Shown: positions 11,530 through 21,274, counted from the first letter of the stretch. The stretch is DNA of 64,000 nucleotides from an uncultured Gemmatimonadales bacterium (GCA_963809895.1 CAWELD010000003.1:672001-736000), one strand, 5' to 3'. Notes: generated by a model not told the origin, from the letters alone. Numbers and translations are program-made.

Positions 11530-13001
11530 GGGCGTTGGTGGTCATGGAGAGCCCGTCGCGCTGGCCCCTGGAGCTCGAAGGCGCCGAGGTCGTCCCCGCC
11601 CGTGCCTATCTCACGGAGCCTCGCTATTCCGAGTTGCGCCGGGCGACGGTCTACAACCTGTGCCGGGACTATTCGTACCAGAGCATGGGGTACTACGTCT
11701 CCCTCCTGGCCCAGGCCCGGGGGCACCGCCCCCTGCCGTCGGTGGCCACGCTACAGACGCTGTCCAGCGCCGCGGCCGTGCGCACCGCGGCGCAGGACCT
11801 GGACGACCGCATCCGGCGGAGCCTCGCCGCCACGCCGGGGCCGACCTTCGAGCTCCCCATCTATTTCGGCCGCACGCCCGTCGAGGGTCAGGAGCGGCTG
11901 GCTCGCGCCCTGTTCGCGCTCTTCCCCGCGCCCCTCCTTCGGGCGCGCTTCGCCTTCGACGACGACGACCGCGCCTGGGAGCTCCGCAGCCTGCGCCCCA
12001 TTCCGGCCCGGGACGTGCCGGACGGCGACCGGGATTTCGTGGCGGCCCGGGCTCGCGAGCACGTCCGGCATCCCGAGCGGGAAGGCACCTCGCCTCGCAA
12101 GGAGACGCGCTACGACCTCGCCATCCTGTGGTCGCCGGACGACGACGACGCCCCCTCCGACGAACGCGCCATCGCCCGCTTCCGGCGGGCCTGCGACGGT
12201 GTGGGAATCGGCACCGACATCGTGGATCGGGAGGACATCGGCACCCTGGCCGAATACGACGCCCTCTGGATCCGTGAGACCACCCAGGTCAATCACCACA
12301 CCTACCGTTTCGCCCGCCGCGCCGCCGCCGAGGGGCTGGTGGTGATCGACGACCCCGAAGCCATCATCCGCTGCTCCAACAAGGTCTATCAGACCGAGCT
12401 GTTCCATCGGCACGGCGTACCCTTGCCTCCGACCCTGGTCGCGCACCGGGACAACGCCGGCGAGGTCCTTGCCGCCGTGGGTCTGCCCTGCGTGCTCAAG
12501 CGCCCCGACGGATCCTTCTCGCGAGGCGTGGTCAAGGTGGCCACCGAGGCCGAGCTGCGAGCGACGTTGACGGAGCTGCTGGAGGAATCGGAGCTGGTGG
12601 TGGCCCAGGGCTGGGTACCCTCGGAGTTCGATTGGCGCATCGGGGTGCTGGACCGCAAGCCCCTGTTCACTGCCCGCTATCACATGGCGCGGGGCCACTG
12701 GCAGATCATTCGCCAGCAGGAAGGAAAGCAGGCGCGCTACGGCAAGGTGGAGGCCGTGGCGCTGGACGCCGCGCCCGAAGGCGTGGTGTCCACCGCCGTG
12801 CGGGCTGCCTCTCTGATCGGCGATGGCCTCTTCGGGGTGGACCTCAAGGAGGTCGACGGTCGCTTCCTGGTCATGGAGGTGAACGACAACCCCAACATCG
12901 AGGCTGGCTACGAGGACACGGTGCTCAAGGACGACCTCTACCGGGCCCTGGCACGCTGGTTCCTGGACCGACTCGAGGCTCGCGGCCGGGGGACGGCGTG
13001 A
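11526..13001 (+). CDS. RimK-family ATP-grasp ligase with N-terminal RLAN domain
   Basis: NLCRDYSYQSMGYYVSLLAQARGH (RLAN), IRETT, CSNKVY, KRPDGSFSRGV, EFDWRIGVL, EVNDNPNI. Confidence 0.9.
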   Translation: MRALVVMESPSRWPLELEGAEVVPARAYLTEPRYSELRRATVYNLCRDYSYQSMGYYVSLLAQARGHRPLPSVATLQTLSSAAAVRTAAQDLDDRIRRSLAATPGPTFELPIYFGRTPVEGQERLARALFALFPAPLLRARFAFDDDDRAWELRSLRPIPARDVPDGDRDFVAARAREHVRHPEREGTSPRKETRYDLAILWSPDDDDAPSDERAIARFRRACDGVGIGTDIVDREDIGTLAEYDALWIRETTQVNHHTYRFARRAAAEGLVVIDDPEAIIRCSNKVYQTELFHRHGVPLPPTLVAHRDNAGEVLAAVGLPCVLKRPDGSFSRGVVKVATEAELRATLTELLEESELVVAQGWVPSEFDWRIGVLDRKPLFTARYHMARGHWQIIRQQEGKQARYGKVEAVALDAAPEGVVSTAVRAASLIGDGLFGVDLKEVDGRFLVMEVNDNPNIEAGYEDTVLKDDLYRALARWFLDRLEARGRGTA

Positions 13002-13834
13002 GCGGGGGTGACGACGTGGGGGCTCAGGGTCCAGCGCGCGCGGGGGCCGTGATGGTTCCGGGAACCCGTGTTCCGGTACGAGCGTCGTACCTCGCCGAGC
13101 GCATCGACCCCGCCACGAGCGAGAGCCGTCGCGTCGGCGCCCGCCGGCCCACACTGGTGGACCTGGGCGACGGCCGCTGGGCGGTGACCTTCCGGCACGG
13201 CGCGGTGGTGACCTTCGGGATGAGCGACGCCGAGGAGGCGAGCTTCGTGTCGGGCCTGGGAGCCCGCTTGGTGGACCCCATCGCCACGCCCGAGGTGGAG
13301 GAGGCGGACCTGGTGGTCACGGGGAGCGAGGAGGGACCCGAGCCCGACGCCATCCGGGTTCGTGACCTGTCGGCCGGGCGGCTGCTGGTGGTGGCCGAAG
13401 TACTGGCCCGCAGCGCGGCCCTGGCCTACCACGAGGGCCGGATCGCCGAGGCCTTCGATCGCATGGAGCCGCTGGCCGAGCGCCTGCGCACGGGGCACCG
13501 CCCCGCCACCGGCGCGCGCGCCCTCCTTCGCCAGCTCGGCGACGCCCTCCTGACCCAGACCCGGACGGTCGGGCGCGTGGAGATCGCCGACAAGCCCGAG
13601 GTGTTGTGGGATCGTCCGGAGTTGGAGCGTCTCTGGGAGCGGTTGTCGGTAGAGTACGAGCTCAGCGAGCGCGACCGGTCCCTGGCCCGCAAGCTCGAAC
13701 TGGTCTCGCACGTCACGAGCACTCTCTTCGACCTGCTCCAGGAGCGCCAGGTGCTCCGGGTGGAGTGGTACATCGTGGTGCTCATCCTCGTCGAGATCTT
13801 TCTGACGCTCTGGGGCATGTTCGTCGGAGGTTGA
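12998..13834 (+). CDS. RMD1/YagE (DUF155) family protein
   Basis: FRHGAVVTFG, LARSAALAYHE, DKPEVLW, YELSER, RVEWYIVVLILVEI C-terminal TM; GTGA overlap. Confidence 0.85.
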   Translation: MSGGDDVGAQGPARAGAVMVPGTRVPVRASYLAERIDPATSESRRVGARRPTLVDLGDGRWAVTFRHGAVVTFGMSDAEEASFVSGLGARLVDPIATPEVEEADLVVTGSEEGPEPDAIRVRDLSAGRLLVVAEVLARSAALAYHEGRIAEAFDRMEPLAERLRTGHRPATGARALLRQLGDALLTQTRTVGRVEIADKPEVLWDRPELERLWERLSVEYELSERDRSLARKLELVSHVTSTLFDLLQERQVLRVEWYIVVLILVEIFLTLWGMFVGG

Positions 13835-13895
13835 CCCCACGGCCCGGGCCGCCGCACGTTGACCCCCCTCGGTTTCACCTTCGCCCCGGGATTCC

Positions 13896-15392
13896 ATGCT
13901 CGACGCACTCCAGATTCGCTGCCAACCCCTCGCCTTCCTCCTCGTGGCCACCCTTGTGCCCCTGCGGGCGGCCGCGCAGGACCACCGGCTCCCGGTGGAC
14001 ACCATGGTGGTCACGGACCACGAGGTGACCATCGAAGGCCAGCAGGTGCCCTATACGGCCGAGGTCGGGACCCAGCCCGTCTTCGGCGAAGACGGCTCTC
14101 CCATCGCCTCGCTCCTCTATACCTACTACGAGCGCACCGACGTGCAGGACCGCGTGTCGCGTCCGCTGGTGATCTCGTTCAACGGTGGGCCCGGGTCGGC
14201 GTCGGTGTGGATGCACATCGGCTACACGGGGCCGCGCCACGTGATCATCGACGCCGAGGGTTTCCCCATCCAGCCGTACGGCGTGGAGGACAACCATCAT
14301 TCGATCCTGGACGTGGCCGACATCGTCTACGTGAATCCCGTGAACGTGGGCTTCTCGCGGATCGTGGGCGACGCGGAGCGGTCGCAGTTCTTCGGTGTCA
14401 ACGAGGATATCGCCTACCTGGCCGATTGGATCGGGACCTTCGTCAGCCGCCACGCCCGCTGGCGCTCACCCAAGTTTCTCATCGGCGAGAGCTACGGCAC
14501 CACGCGCGTGTCCGGGCTCGCCGAGGCGTTGCAGGCGAACCAGTGGATGTACCTGAACGGCGTCGTCCTGGTCTCGCCCACGGGTCTGGGGGTGGACCGG
14601 CAGGGGCCGGTCGGCGAGGCCCTGGCGCTGCCCAACTTCACGGCCACCGCATGGTACCACGACGCTCTGGAGCCCGGGCTCCAGGAGCGGGACCTGGAGG
14701 AGATCCTGCCGGAGGTGGAGCGCTTCACGCTGGACACCTTCCTTCCCGCGCTCGCCCGTGCCGGGTCGCTCACGGATGCCGAGCGCCAGGAGGTGGCCGA
14801 CCAGGTTGCGCATTGGGCCGGCGTTTCGGCGCAATGGGTGCTCGATCACAACCTGCGTCCGTCGGTGGGGGAGTTCCGGAAGGAGCTCCTGCGCTCGCGA
14901 GGGCTGACCGTGGGCCGTCTGGACGCCCGCTACCAGGGGATCGATCGTCGGGACGCCGGTGAGTCCTACGACTACGACCCGGCCCTGACGGCCTGGAACC
15001 ACGCCTTCGCTCCGGCCATCAACTACTACATGCGCCAGGAGCTCGGCTTCGACACCGACCTCCAGTACTGGATCTTCGGGCCGGTGAATCCCTGGAACCG
15101 CAACGGGGACCAGACCGGCGAGAACCTTCGCCAGGCCATGTCGGAGAACCCGTACCTGCACCTGTTCGTCCAGTCGGGGTATTTCGACGGAGGCACGGAC
15201 TACTTCAGCGCCAAGTACACCATGTGGAACCTGGACCCGGCGGGGCGCCTCCAGGATCGCATGCGCTGGAAGGGGTACCGGAGCGGGCACATGATGTACC
15301 TGCGCGCCGAGGACCTCGCCCAGGCCAACCAGGACATCCGGGACTTCATCCGGTGGTCCATGGAGGCGGTGGAGGGTCCGGCACGCTACTGA
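13896..15392 (+). CDS. Secreted serine carboxypeptidase S10
   Basis: Signal peptide, FNGGPGSAS, GESYG, SGHMMY. Confidence 0.9.
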   Translation: MLDALQIRCQPLAFLLVATLVPLRAAAQDHRLPVDTMVVTDHEVTIEGQQVPYTAEVGTQPVFGEDGSPIASLLYTYYERTDVQDRVSRPLVISFNGGPGSASVWMHIGYTGPRHVIIDAEGFPIQPYGVEDNHHSILDVADIVYVNPVNVGFSRIVGDAERSQFFGVNEDIAYLADWIGTFVSRHARWRSPKFLIGESYGTTRVSGLAEALQANQWMYLNGVVLVSPTGLGVDRQGPVGEALALPNFTATAWYHDALEPGLQERDLEEILPEVERFTLDTFLPALARAGSLTDAERQEVADQVAHWAGVSAQWVLDHNLRPSVGEFRKELLRSRGLTVGRLDARYQGIDRRDAGESYDYDPALTAWNHAFAPAINYYMRQELGFDTDLQYWIFGPVNPWNRNGDQTGENLRQAMSENPYLHLFVQSGYFDGGTDYFSAKYTMWNLDPAGRLQDRMRWKGYRSGHMMYLRAEDLAQANQDIRDFIRWSMEAVEGPARY

Positions 15393-15415
15393 ACCCGGCA
15401 CCCGGGGGAGTGACG

Positions 15416-17065
15416 ATGGCACGGGCACGGTCATGGATCCTGATACTGCTCCTGTCCGGCGTCACCACACCCGGACTCCGAGCGCAGGCGCCGGACGACC
15501 CGGTCTCCGAGGCCATCCGCCTCCGCCTCGAGCAGCTGAGGGAGCAGGGCGAGATGGCGCTCGCCGGGGTGGCGCTGGATGCGCGCTCGGGACTCGCGGA
15601 GCTCTACGAGCTGCGAGGGTTTCGGCCGCTCTGGACCAGCGCCGACCGGAGCGAGGCCCTGCGCCGGTTCGTGCATGGCGTGGAGGCCGACGGGCTCCGG
15701 CCCGCCGACTACCACGCCGGGGTCCTGGACGCGGCGGCACGGATCGGGGGATCCCTCGATGCCGAAGACGCAGCCGAGTTGGATCTTCTTCGCACCGATG
15801 CCTTCATCCGCGTCGCTCACGACCTTCACGGCGGACGCGTGGATCCCTCGGTCCTGGATCCCACCTGGCACGTGGACCGCGCTGGCGGCGCACTCTCTCC
15901 CGAGGCGCTGGACAGCCTGGCGTCCCAACCTTCGGTGTTGCGAGCGCTGGACTCGTTGCGTCCGCAACATCCCATCTATCGCGGGATGATGCAGGCGCTC
16001 GAACGGTACCGGCGACTTGCGTCCGACGGTGGCTGGCCGCGGCTCCCCGATTCGCTCTTCCTGGGGCCGGACTCGGTGGGACCCGAGGTGGAGGTGCTGC
16101 GACGGCGGCTGGTAGTGGAGGGGTTCCTGCCCCCGGGATCCCGAGGATCCCAGACGTACGATGCGCGCCTCGAGGATGCGGTGAAGGCCTTCCAGCACCT
16201 TCGGGGCCTCAACGAAGACGGCGTCGTCGGGCCCAGTACCGTCAGCGCGCTGAACGTGCCCGCGGCGGCGCGGGTCGAGGCGTTGCGCGTGAATCTCGAG
16301 CGGGCTCGCTGGGTGCTGCGCGAGCTTGAGGATACGGCGGTGGTGGTGAACATCGCCGGCCAGAAGGTCTACGTTCTGGAGGGAGACTCGGTGGCCCTGG
16401 AGATGCGGGCCGTGGTGGGCAAGGGGTACACGCGCACGCCCGTCTTCTCGGCCGCCATGCGCTATCTGGTCCTGAATCCCACCTGGACCGTGCCCAGGAG
16501 CATCAATGGTGAGATCCTCTCGCACATCCGTCGGGACCCCGGCTACCTCGCTTCTCAGGGATTCCAGATCCTGGACGCGGCGGGAGAGGAGGTGGATCCC
16601 GACTCGGTGGACTTCGGACGGTACAGCGGCGCCAGCTTTCCCTTCGTATTCCGCCAACGCCCCGGGCCCACCAACGCCCTCGGGCGAATCAAGTTCATGT
16701 TCCCCAACACCTACAACGTCTATCTGCACGACACGCCCGAGCGGAGCCTCTTCCAACGTGAGGAGCGGACCTTCAGCCACGGCTGCATTCGCGTGCAGGA
16801 TCCCATGGCGTTGGCGGCGGTGCTGCTGGGCCCCGAGAGCATGGCCCGGGCCCGTGAGGCGCTGGCGGGCCGGGAGACGCTGACGTTGGACCTGCCGGTA
16901 CCCCGGCTCGTGCTCGTGCTCTACTGGACGGCAGCCGTGGACCTCGACGGGGACGTGCACTTCTACCGCGACGTCTACGGACGCGACGGCGCCCTCCTGG
17001 AGGCGCTGGACGCTCCCGAGCCTCAGTCGTCGTCGACGTCGGGGAGCACGCCGGCTTCGCGGTAG
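15416..17065 (+). CDS. Murein L,D-transpeptidase (YcbB/LdtD-like)
   Basis: Signal peptide, PG-binding AVKAFQ..GL..DGVVG, NPTWTVP, YLHDTP, SHGCIR. Confidence 0.9.
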   Translation: MARARSWILILLLSGVTTPGLRAQAPDDPVSEAIRLRLEQLREQGEMALAGVALDARSGLAELYELRGFRPLWTSADRSEALRRFVHGVEADGLRPADYHAGVLDAAARIGGSLDAEDAAELDLLRTDAFIRVAHDLHGGRVDPSVLDPTWHVDRAGGALSPEALDSLASQPSVLRALDSLRPQHPIYRGMMQALERYRRLASDGGWPRLPDSLFLGPDSVGPEVEVLRRRLVVEGFLPPGSRGSQTYDARLEDAVKAFQHLRGLNEDGVVGPSTVSALNVPAAARVEALRVNLERARWVLRELEDTAVVVNIAGQKVYVLEGDSVALEMRAVVGKGYTRTPVFSAAMRYLVLNPTWTVPRSINGEILSHIRRDPGYLASQGFQILDAAGEEVDPDSVDFGRYSGASFPFVFRQRPGPTNALGRIKFMFPNTYNVYLHDTPERSLFQREERTFSHGCIRVQDPMALAAVLLGPESMARAREALAGRETLTLDLPVPRLVLVLYWTAAVDLDGDVHFYRDVYGRDGALLEALDAPEPQSSSTSGSTPASR

Positions 17066-18462
17066 GTCATCAGCTTGCGGTACAGCGTGCGGCGACTGAT
17101 GCCCAGCGTCCGGGCCGCCAGGCCCTTCTGCCAACGGCAGCGCTCCAATACCTGGAGGATGTACTCCTGCTCCAGGTGGGCCAGATCCCAACCCTCCTCG
17201 TGGGCCTTCTCGGTGAGTCCCGTTTCGGCACTGTCCAGCGCCGTTCGGGGCTCGAAGCGCAGGGGCTCCCCGTCTCCGGCCATGATCACCGCACGCTCCA
17301 TGGTGTTCTCCAGCTCGCGCACGTTTCCGGGCCACGAGTAGGCCATCATGCGGGAGAGCGTCTCGTGCGGCAGCTCAGGCGGATCCAGACCGTGCTCTTC
17401 GGCGAAGCGAAGACGGAAGTAGTTGGCCAACAAGGGAATGTCTGTCGGCCGTTCACGTAGAGGTGGAACTTCCACCGGGAACACGTCCAGACGGTAATAG
17501 AGGTCCTCCCGGAAGCGCCCCTCCCGGACCAGCGCCGCCAGGTCGGTGTTGGTGGCCGCGATGAGCCGGAAATCCACGGCCACCGGCGTGCGGGAGCCGA
17601 TGCGCTGAACACGCCGTTCCTGGAGCACCCGCAGGAGCTTGACCTGGATGTCCTCGGAGAGGGTGCTCACCTCGTCCAGGAAGAGGGTGCCGCCTGCCGC
17701 CTCCTCGATGAGGCCCGGCCGGCTCTGCACGGCGCCGGTGAAAGACCCCTTCATGTGCCCGAAGAGCTCCGACTCCAGCAGGGTGTCGGGAAGCGCCGAG
17801 CAGTTGACCGCCACGAAGGGGCGGCGGGACCGGTCCGAGAGGTCGTGGATGGCGTGCGCCACGAGCTCCTTCCCGGTGCCGGTCTCCCCGACGACGAGCA
17901 CCGTGGCACGCGTGGGGGCGACGCGCTCGATGGTGCGGAAGAGCCTGCGCATGGCCGGGGACCGCCCCACCAGGTCGCGTAGGCGATCCGAGGTCGCCAG
18001 GCGGCGGAGCTCGGCCACTTCGCGTCGCAGGGCCGCGTCTTCCGCGGCTCGCGACACCAACAGGAGGAGCTCGTCTTCCTTGAAGGGCTTCCGGATGTAG
18101 TCCCACGCGCCGAGCTTCATGGCCTCCACCGCGGATTCCACCGTGCCGAAGGCCGTCATCACGATGAAGCGGGCGTCGGTGCGCACGGACGGAAGCGCCG
18201 CGAGCACGTTCAGTCCGCTGAGGCGGGGAAGCTGGAGATCGAGGAGGACCACGTCGAAGGACTCCTGGTCCAGAGCCTTCAATGCTTCCTCTCCGTCGTC
18301 CACAGCCGTGACGCGGTAGTGGACCTCCTCGAGGACGTCGCTGACAAGCGACCGGATGGTGGCGTCGTCCTCGACCACCAGGACGCGGCCCGCGGACGGT
18401 GCCGTGCGGGGGTCGTCGGGTGCGGCGAAGTCGGACCTCGGCTGGTGATCGCGGACTCGCAC
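17023..18462 (-). CDS. Sigma54-dependent response regulator (REC-AAA+-Fis HTH, NtrC family)
   Basis: VLVVEDD, LLDLQLP, GETGTGKE, ESELFGHMKGSFTGA, LFLDEV, FREDLYYRL, WPGNVREL, LGISRRTLYRKL; start GTG 18462 is a best guess. Confidence 0.92.
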   Translation of the reverse strand: MRVRDHQPRSDFAAPDDPRTAPSAGRVLVVEDDATIRSLVSDVLEEVHYRVTAVDDGEEALKALDQESFDVVLLDLQLPRLSGLNVLAALPSVRTDARFIVMTAFGTVESAVEAMKLGAWDYIRKPFKEDELLLLVSRAAEDAALRREVAELRRLATSDRLRDLVGRSPAMRRLFRTIERVAPTRATVLVVGETGTGKELVAHAIHDLSDRSRRPFVAVNCSALPDTLLESELFGHMKGSFTGAVQSRPGLIEEAAGGTLFLDEVSTLSEDIQVKLLRVLQERRVQRIGSRTPVAVDFRLIAATNTDLAALVREGRFREDLYYRLDVFPVEVPPLRERPTDIPLLANYFRLRFAEEHGLDPPELPHETLSRMMAYSWPGNVRELENTMERAVIMAGDGEPLRFEPRTALDSAETGLTEKAHEEGWDLAHLEQEYILQVLERCRWQKGLAARTLGISRRTLYRKLMTYREAGVLPDVDDD

Positions 18463-18501
18463 GGGCTCTGCCGGAGTGCGCACCCTGCCTCCTGCGTTGG
18501 G

Positions 18502-18533
18502 TGGACGTCTGGACACCTGAGACAATCTGTCCC
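18502..18533. promoter_or_regulatory. Tandem putative enhancer/autoregulatory sites between regulator and kinase
   Basis: GAGACA-ATC-TGTCCC (18519-18533) and TGGACG-TCT-GGACAC (18502-18516) resemble the motif found beside the sigma54 promoters. Confidence 0.5.
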
Positions 18534-18687
18534 CGTTGCGCGCCCGGAGACTGTCGGGTGGGGGAGGGTGGCCGGTGTGGGGAAGCTCCCCACAGCCGAT
18601 GCCGGGGCCGGGACGACAGACGCGCTGCCCGAGTCGGCCATACTCTCCTTGTGGAGCTTCTGCGCAGATCCACGGGCGGAGACACCC

Positions 18688-20910
18688 ATGAACGGGTCCG
18701 GCACCGATCGGCGCCCCTGGCGGCGTGCCGATCCGAAACGGCGCATGGCGGCGGCGGGCCTGGTCCGCACCGTGGCCGAGGTCGCCAACGCCGCCACCTC
18801 TCTGGAGGACGGTCTCGCCGGCGTCCTCCCGATCCTCTGCAGGCACCTGGGCTGGCCGGTCGGCCACGCGTTTCTCGTCGAGGGCGACACCCTCCGCTCC
18901 ACGGATCTCTGGTACCTGGAAGGCGATCCCGCGCGCTTCGAGCGATTCCGCGAGCGCACCGGTGCCACGCCGGGGTGCCCCGACGCCTGCCTGGTCGCGG
19001 GAGTCGTCCACAGTGGCCGCGCCTCGTGGATCCCCGACGCGCGCACCGAACCGGGCCTCCTTCGCGCCGGATCGGACGCTGTCATCCGTAGCGGGCTACT
19101 TTTGCCCGTCCGGTGTGACGGTGAGATACCGGCGGTGCTGGAGCTGTGGGCCGACGAGGTGGTGGAGCGTGAGGCGGAGATCCTGGAAGTCATGGAGGCC
19201 GTGGGGACCCAGCTCGGCGTGGTGGCACTCCGTGAGCGGTCCCGGGCGTTCCTGGAGGCGTCGGAGGCCCGTCTGGGAGAGATCCTGGACATTTCCGCGG
19301 ATGCGGTGCTCGCCCTGGACTCCGAGGGTCGGATCGCACTGTTCAACGCGGGCGCTGAAGCCACCTTCGGATACTCCCGGGAGGAGGTCCTGGGGGAGCC
19401 TGTGGAGCGCCTGGTGCCCGATGGGCTGCGAGACACCCGTGCGGAGGGAGTGCGGGCCGTCGTCTCGGCCGACCAGGACTCCGGATCCGTCGTGGGCGGG
19501 CCGGGGCTGGACCTCCGGGGCCGCCACCGCGACGGGCACACCTTCCCGGTCAAGGCCCGGATCGCGCGGGTCACGGGCCCGCCTGATCCACTGTACGCCG
19601 TGGTCCTGCGCGACGTCACCGAAGAGCGTCGGGTCGCGGCGATCCAGCGAGCGCTGGCTGAGGCGGGTGAGGTCTTCGCGTCGTCGTTGGACGCGGTCGA
19701 GACGGTAAGGGGCGTCGCTCGAGTGGCGGTGGGGCATCTTGCCGAGTGCTGCGGAATCTACCTGTTCGACGAGACGGGCGGCGTCGAGCGGGTGGAGTTC
19801 GCCTGCGCCGAGGGAGGCGCCGGCGATTGCCACCTCGCCCGAGGGTGGCGGGCGTCCGAGGCGACGTCGCGCCTCGTGTCGGGCAGTGCGGGGGGCGCTC
19901 CCGTGCTCCTGACCCGTGACGAGACGCGGAATCTGCTCGGGAGTGACTCGGGAGCAGTGGGTACGGTCCTTCTGGTGCCCGTGATCGCGCATGAACGCCC
20001 GCTGGGCAGCATGGTCTTGATCCGGCGGGCGGGTCGGGAGTCCTTCGGGGACGGTGAGGTGGAGTTGGCCACGGAGCTGGCCCGTCGGACCGCCATCGCC
20101 CTGGAGGCGGCCGAGCTCTTCCAGACCACCCGGCGGGCGGTGCACACCCGCGACGAGATCCTGGGGATGGTGTGCCACGACCTGGGGACGCCGGTGAGTG
20201 CAGTCGCCATGGTGGTGGACCGGCTGCTGCGTCAGGCGCCCGAGGACGACCGGCGCGTACGCACACGGAGCTATCTGGAGGGGCTTCGCACCTCGGTGAG
20301 CCAGATGGAGCGGCTGATCCGCGACCTGCTGGACGTCCGCCAGATCGAAGCGGGGCGCTTCGTGGTCGAGCCCATCGCGCAGCCTCTGAACCCGATTCTG
20401 TGGGCTGCGGTGTCGGGGATGGAGGCGCGGGCGGGCCAGGACGCGGTCGAGGTGCTCAGCCCGGACGATGGGCTGCGCGTGCGGGCGGACCGGGACCGGC
20501 TGATTCAGCTCCTCTGGAACCTGCTCAGCAACGCACGGCGCGTGTCGCCCCCCGACAGCCCCGTGCGCGTGGAGGCCATCGAGGCTGGCGACGAGGTGGT
20601 GATCACGGTTCTGGACAGGGGCCCGGGCATTCCTCCCGACCAGGTCCCGTACCTCTTCGACCGCTTCGCCCAGGCGCGCAGGGTTCGGCGCGTGGGTGCC
20701 GGGCTGGGGCTCACCATCGCCCGCGAGATCGCCGAGGCCCACGGCGGTCGGATGTGGGTGGACACCGAGGTGGGGGTGGGGAGCGCTTTCCGGTTCACCC
20801 TTCCTCGGGTGCGTCCCCAGGCGCTCGAACGGGTTCCGCGTCCCAAGGCGGTGGCTGGACGAAACGACCCATCACGGGTCAGGCGCCGGGGACGGAACGA
20901 CCCTCGGTAG
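18688..20910 (+). CDS. GAF-PAS-GAF sensor histidine kinase (cytoplasmic)
   Basis: PAS (FNAGAEATFGY), H-box CHDLGTP, N-box NLLSNA, DRGPGI, GAGLGL; no TM segment; divergent from the response regulator. Confidence 0.9.
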   Translation: MNGSGTDRRPWRRADPKRRMAAAGLVRTVAEVANAATSLEDGLAGVLPILCRHLGWPVGHAFLVEGDTLRSTDLWYLEGDPARFERFRERTGATPGCPDACLVAGVVHSGRASWIPDARTEPGLLRAGSDAVIRSGLLLPVRCDGEIPAVLELWADEVVEREAEILEVMEAVGTQLGVVALRERSRAFLEASEARLGEILDISADAVLALDSEGRIALFNAGAEATFGYSREEVLGEPVERLVPDGLRDTRAEGVRAVVSADQDSGSVVGGPGLDLRGRHRDGHTFPVKARIARVTGPPDPLYAVVLRDVTEERRVAAIQRALAEAGEVFASSLDAVETVRGVARVAVGHLAECCGIYLFDETGGVERVEFACAEGGAGDCHLARGWRASEATSRLVSGSAGGAPVLLTRDETRNLLGSDSGAVGTVLLVPVIAHERPLGSMVLIRRAGRESFGDGEVELATELARRTAIALEAAELFQTTRRAVHTRDEILGMVCHDLGTPVSAVAMVVDRLLRQAPEDDRRVRTRSYLEGLRTSVSQMERLIRDLLDVRQIEAGRFVVEPIAQPLNPILWAAVSGMEARAGQDAVEVLSPDDGLRVRADRDRLIQLLWNLLSNARRVSPPDSPVRVEAIEAGDEVVITVLDRGPGIPPDQVPYLFDRFAQARRVRRVGAGLGLTIAREIAEAHGGRMWVDTEVGVGSAFRFTLPRVRPQALERVPRPKAVAGRNDPSRVRRRGRNDPR
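20856..20903 (+). promoter_or_regulatory. Two direct-repeated palindromic upstream activator sites
   Basis: TGGACGAAACGACCC (20856-20870) and GGGACGGAACGACCC (20889-20903), 33 bp apart, ~85-130 bp upstream of a sigma54 promoter. Confidence 0.6.
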
Positions 20911-20986
20911 CCGGGAGGGCCCTTCATGGAGACGACGAACGGCCTGGCGACACGGCGTTCCGCGTCGGTCGGACCCGCCGGAGTTC

Positions 20987-21002
20987 TGGCACGATCGGTG
21001 CA
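20987..21002 (+). promoter_or_regulatory. Sigma54 -24/-12 promoter
   Basis: TGGCACGATCGGTGCA (GG-N10-GC). Confidence 0.7.
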
Positions 21003-21012
21003 CTCAATACGC

Positions 21013-21274
21013 GCACAGGCTCGCCGACCCGGTGAGGTCGCCCTGGTCGACGACGAGGTCCTCGGGAGTCTGACTCCGAGACCCGGTTGCGAGCGCGCCG
21101 GTCGCAACGCCGCCTTCTCGGAAGAGGAGGCCACCTGACCTCGTTGGAGGAAGGGCAAGACAGACCGATCAGGCCGCCGCACGCGACGGTGTCAGACCGA
21201 GCGGATCGGTAGATCGCCGGCGGTTGGAAGCCCTCGGGGGATGCGTGAACGAACCCGGGGGCTTCCTTCGTTGT
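21013..21274 (+). ncRNA. Candidate sigma54-dependent structured non-coding RNA
   Basis: Lies between a sigma54 promoter and a 13-bp terminator-like hairpin; four-way junction plus further stems; no credible ORF inside the predicted transcript. Confidence 0.5.
21226..21274 (+). terminator. Intrinsic-terminator-like hairpin
   Basis: GGAAGCCCTCGGG (21226-21238) / CCCGGGGGCTTCC (21254-21266) followed by TTCGTTGT. Confidence 0.6.

Noticed and set aside
18458..18473. CGGCAGAGCCCGTGCG sigma54-like match on the minus strand
   Set aside because: Overlaps the probable GTG start of the regulator; weak match.
20926..21138. 70-aa ORF METTNGLA...
   Set aside because: No recognisable motif, and it spans the sigma54 promoter and the structured region. 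Better explained as non-coding, though not excluded.
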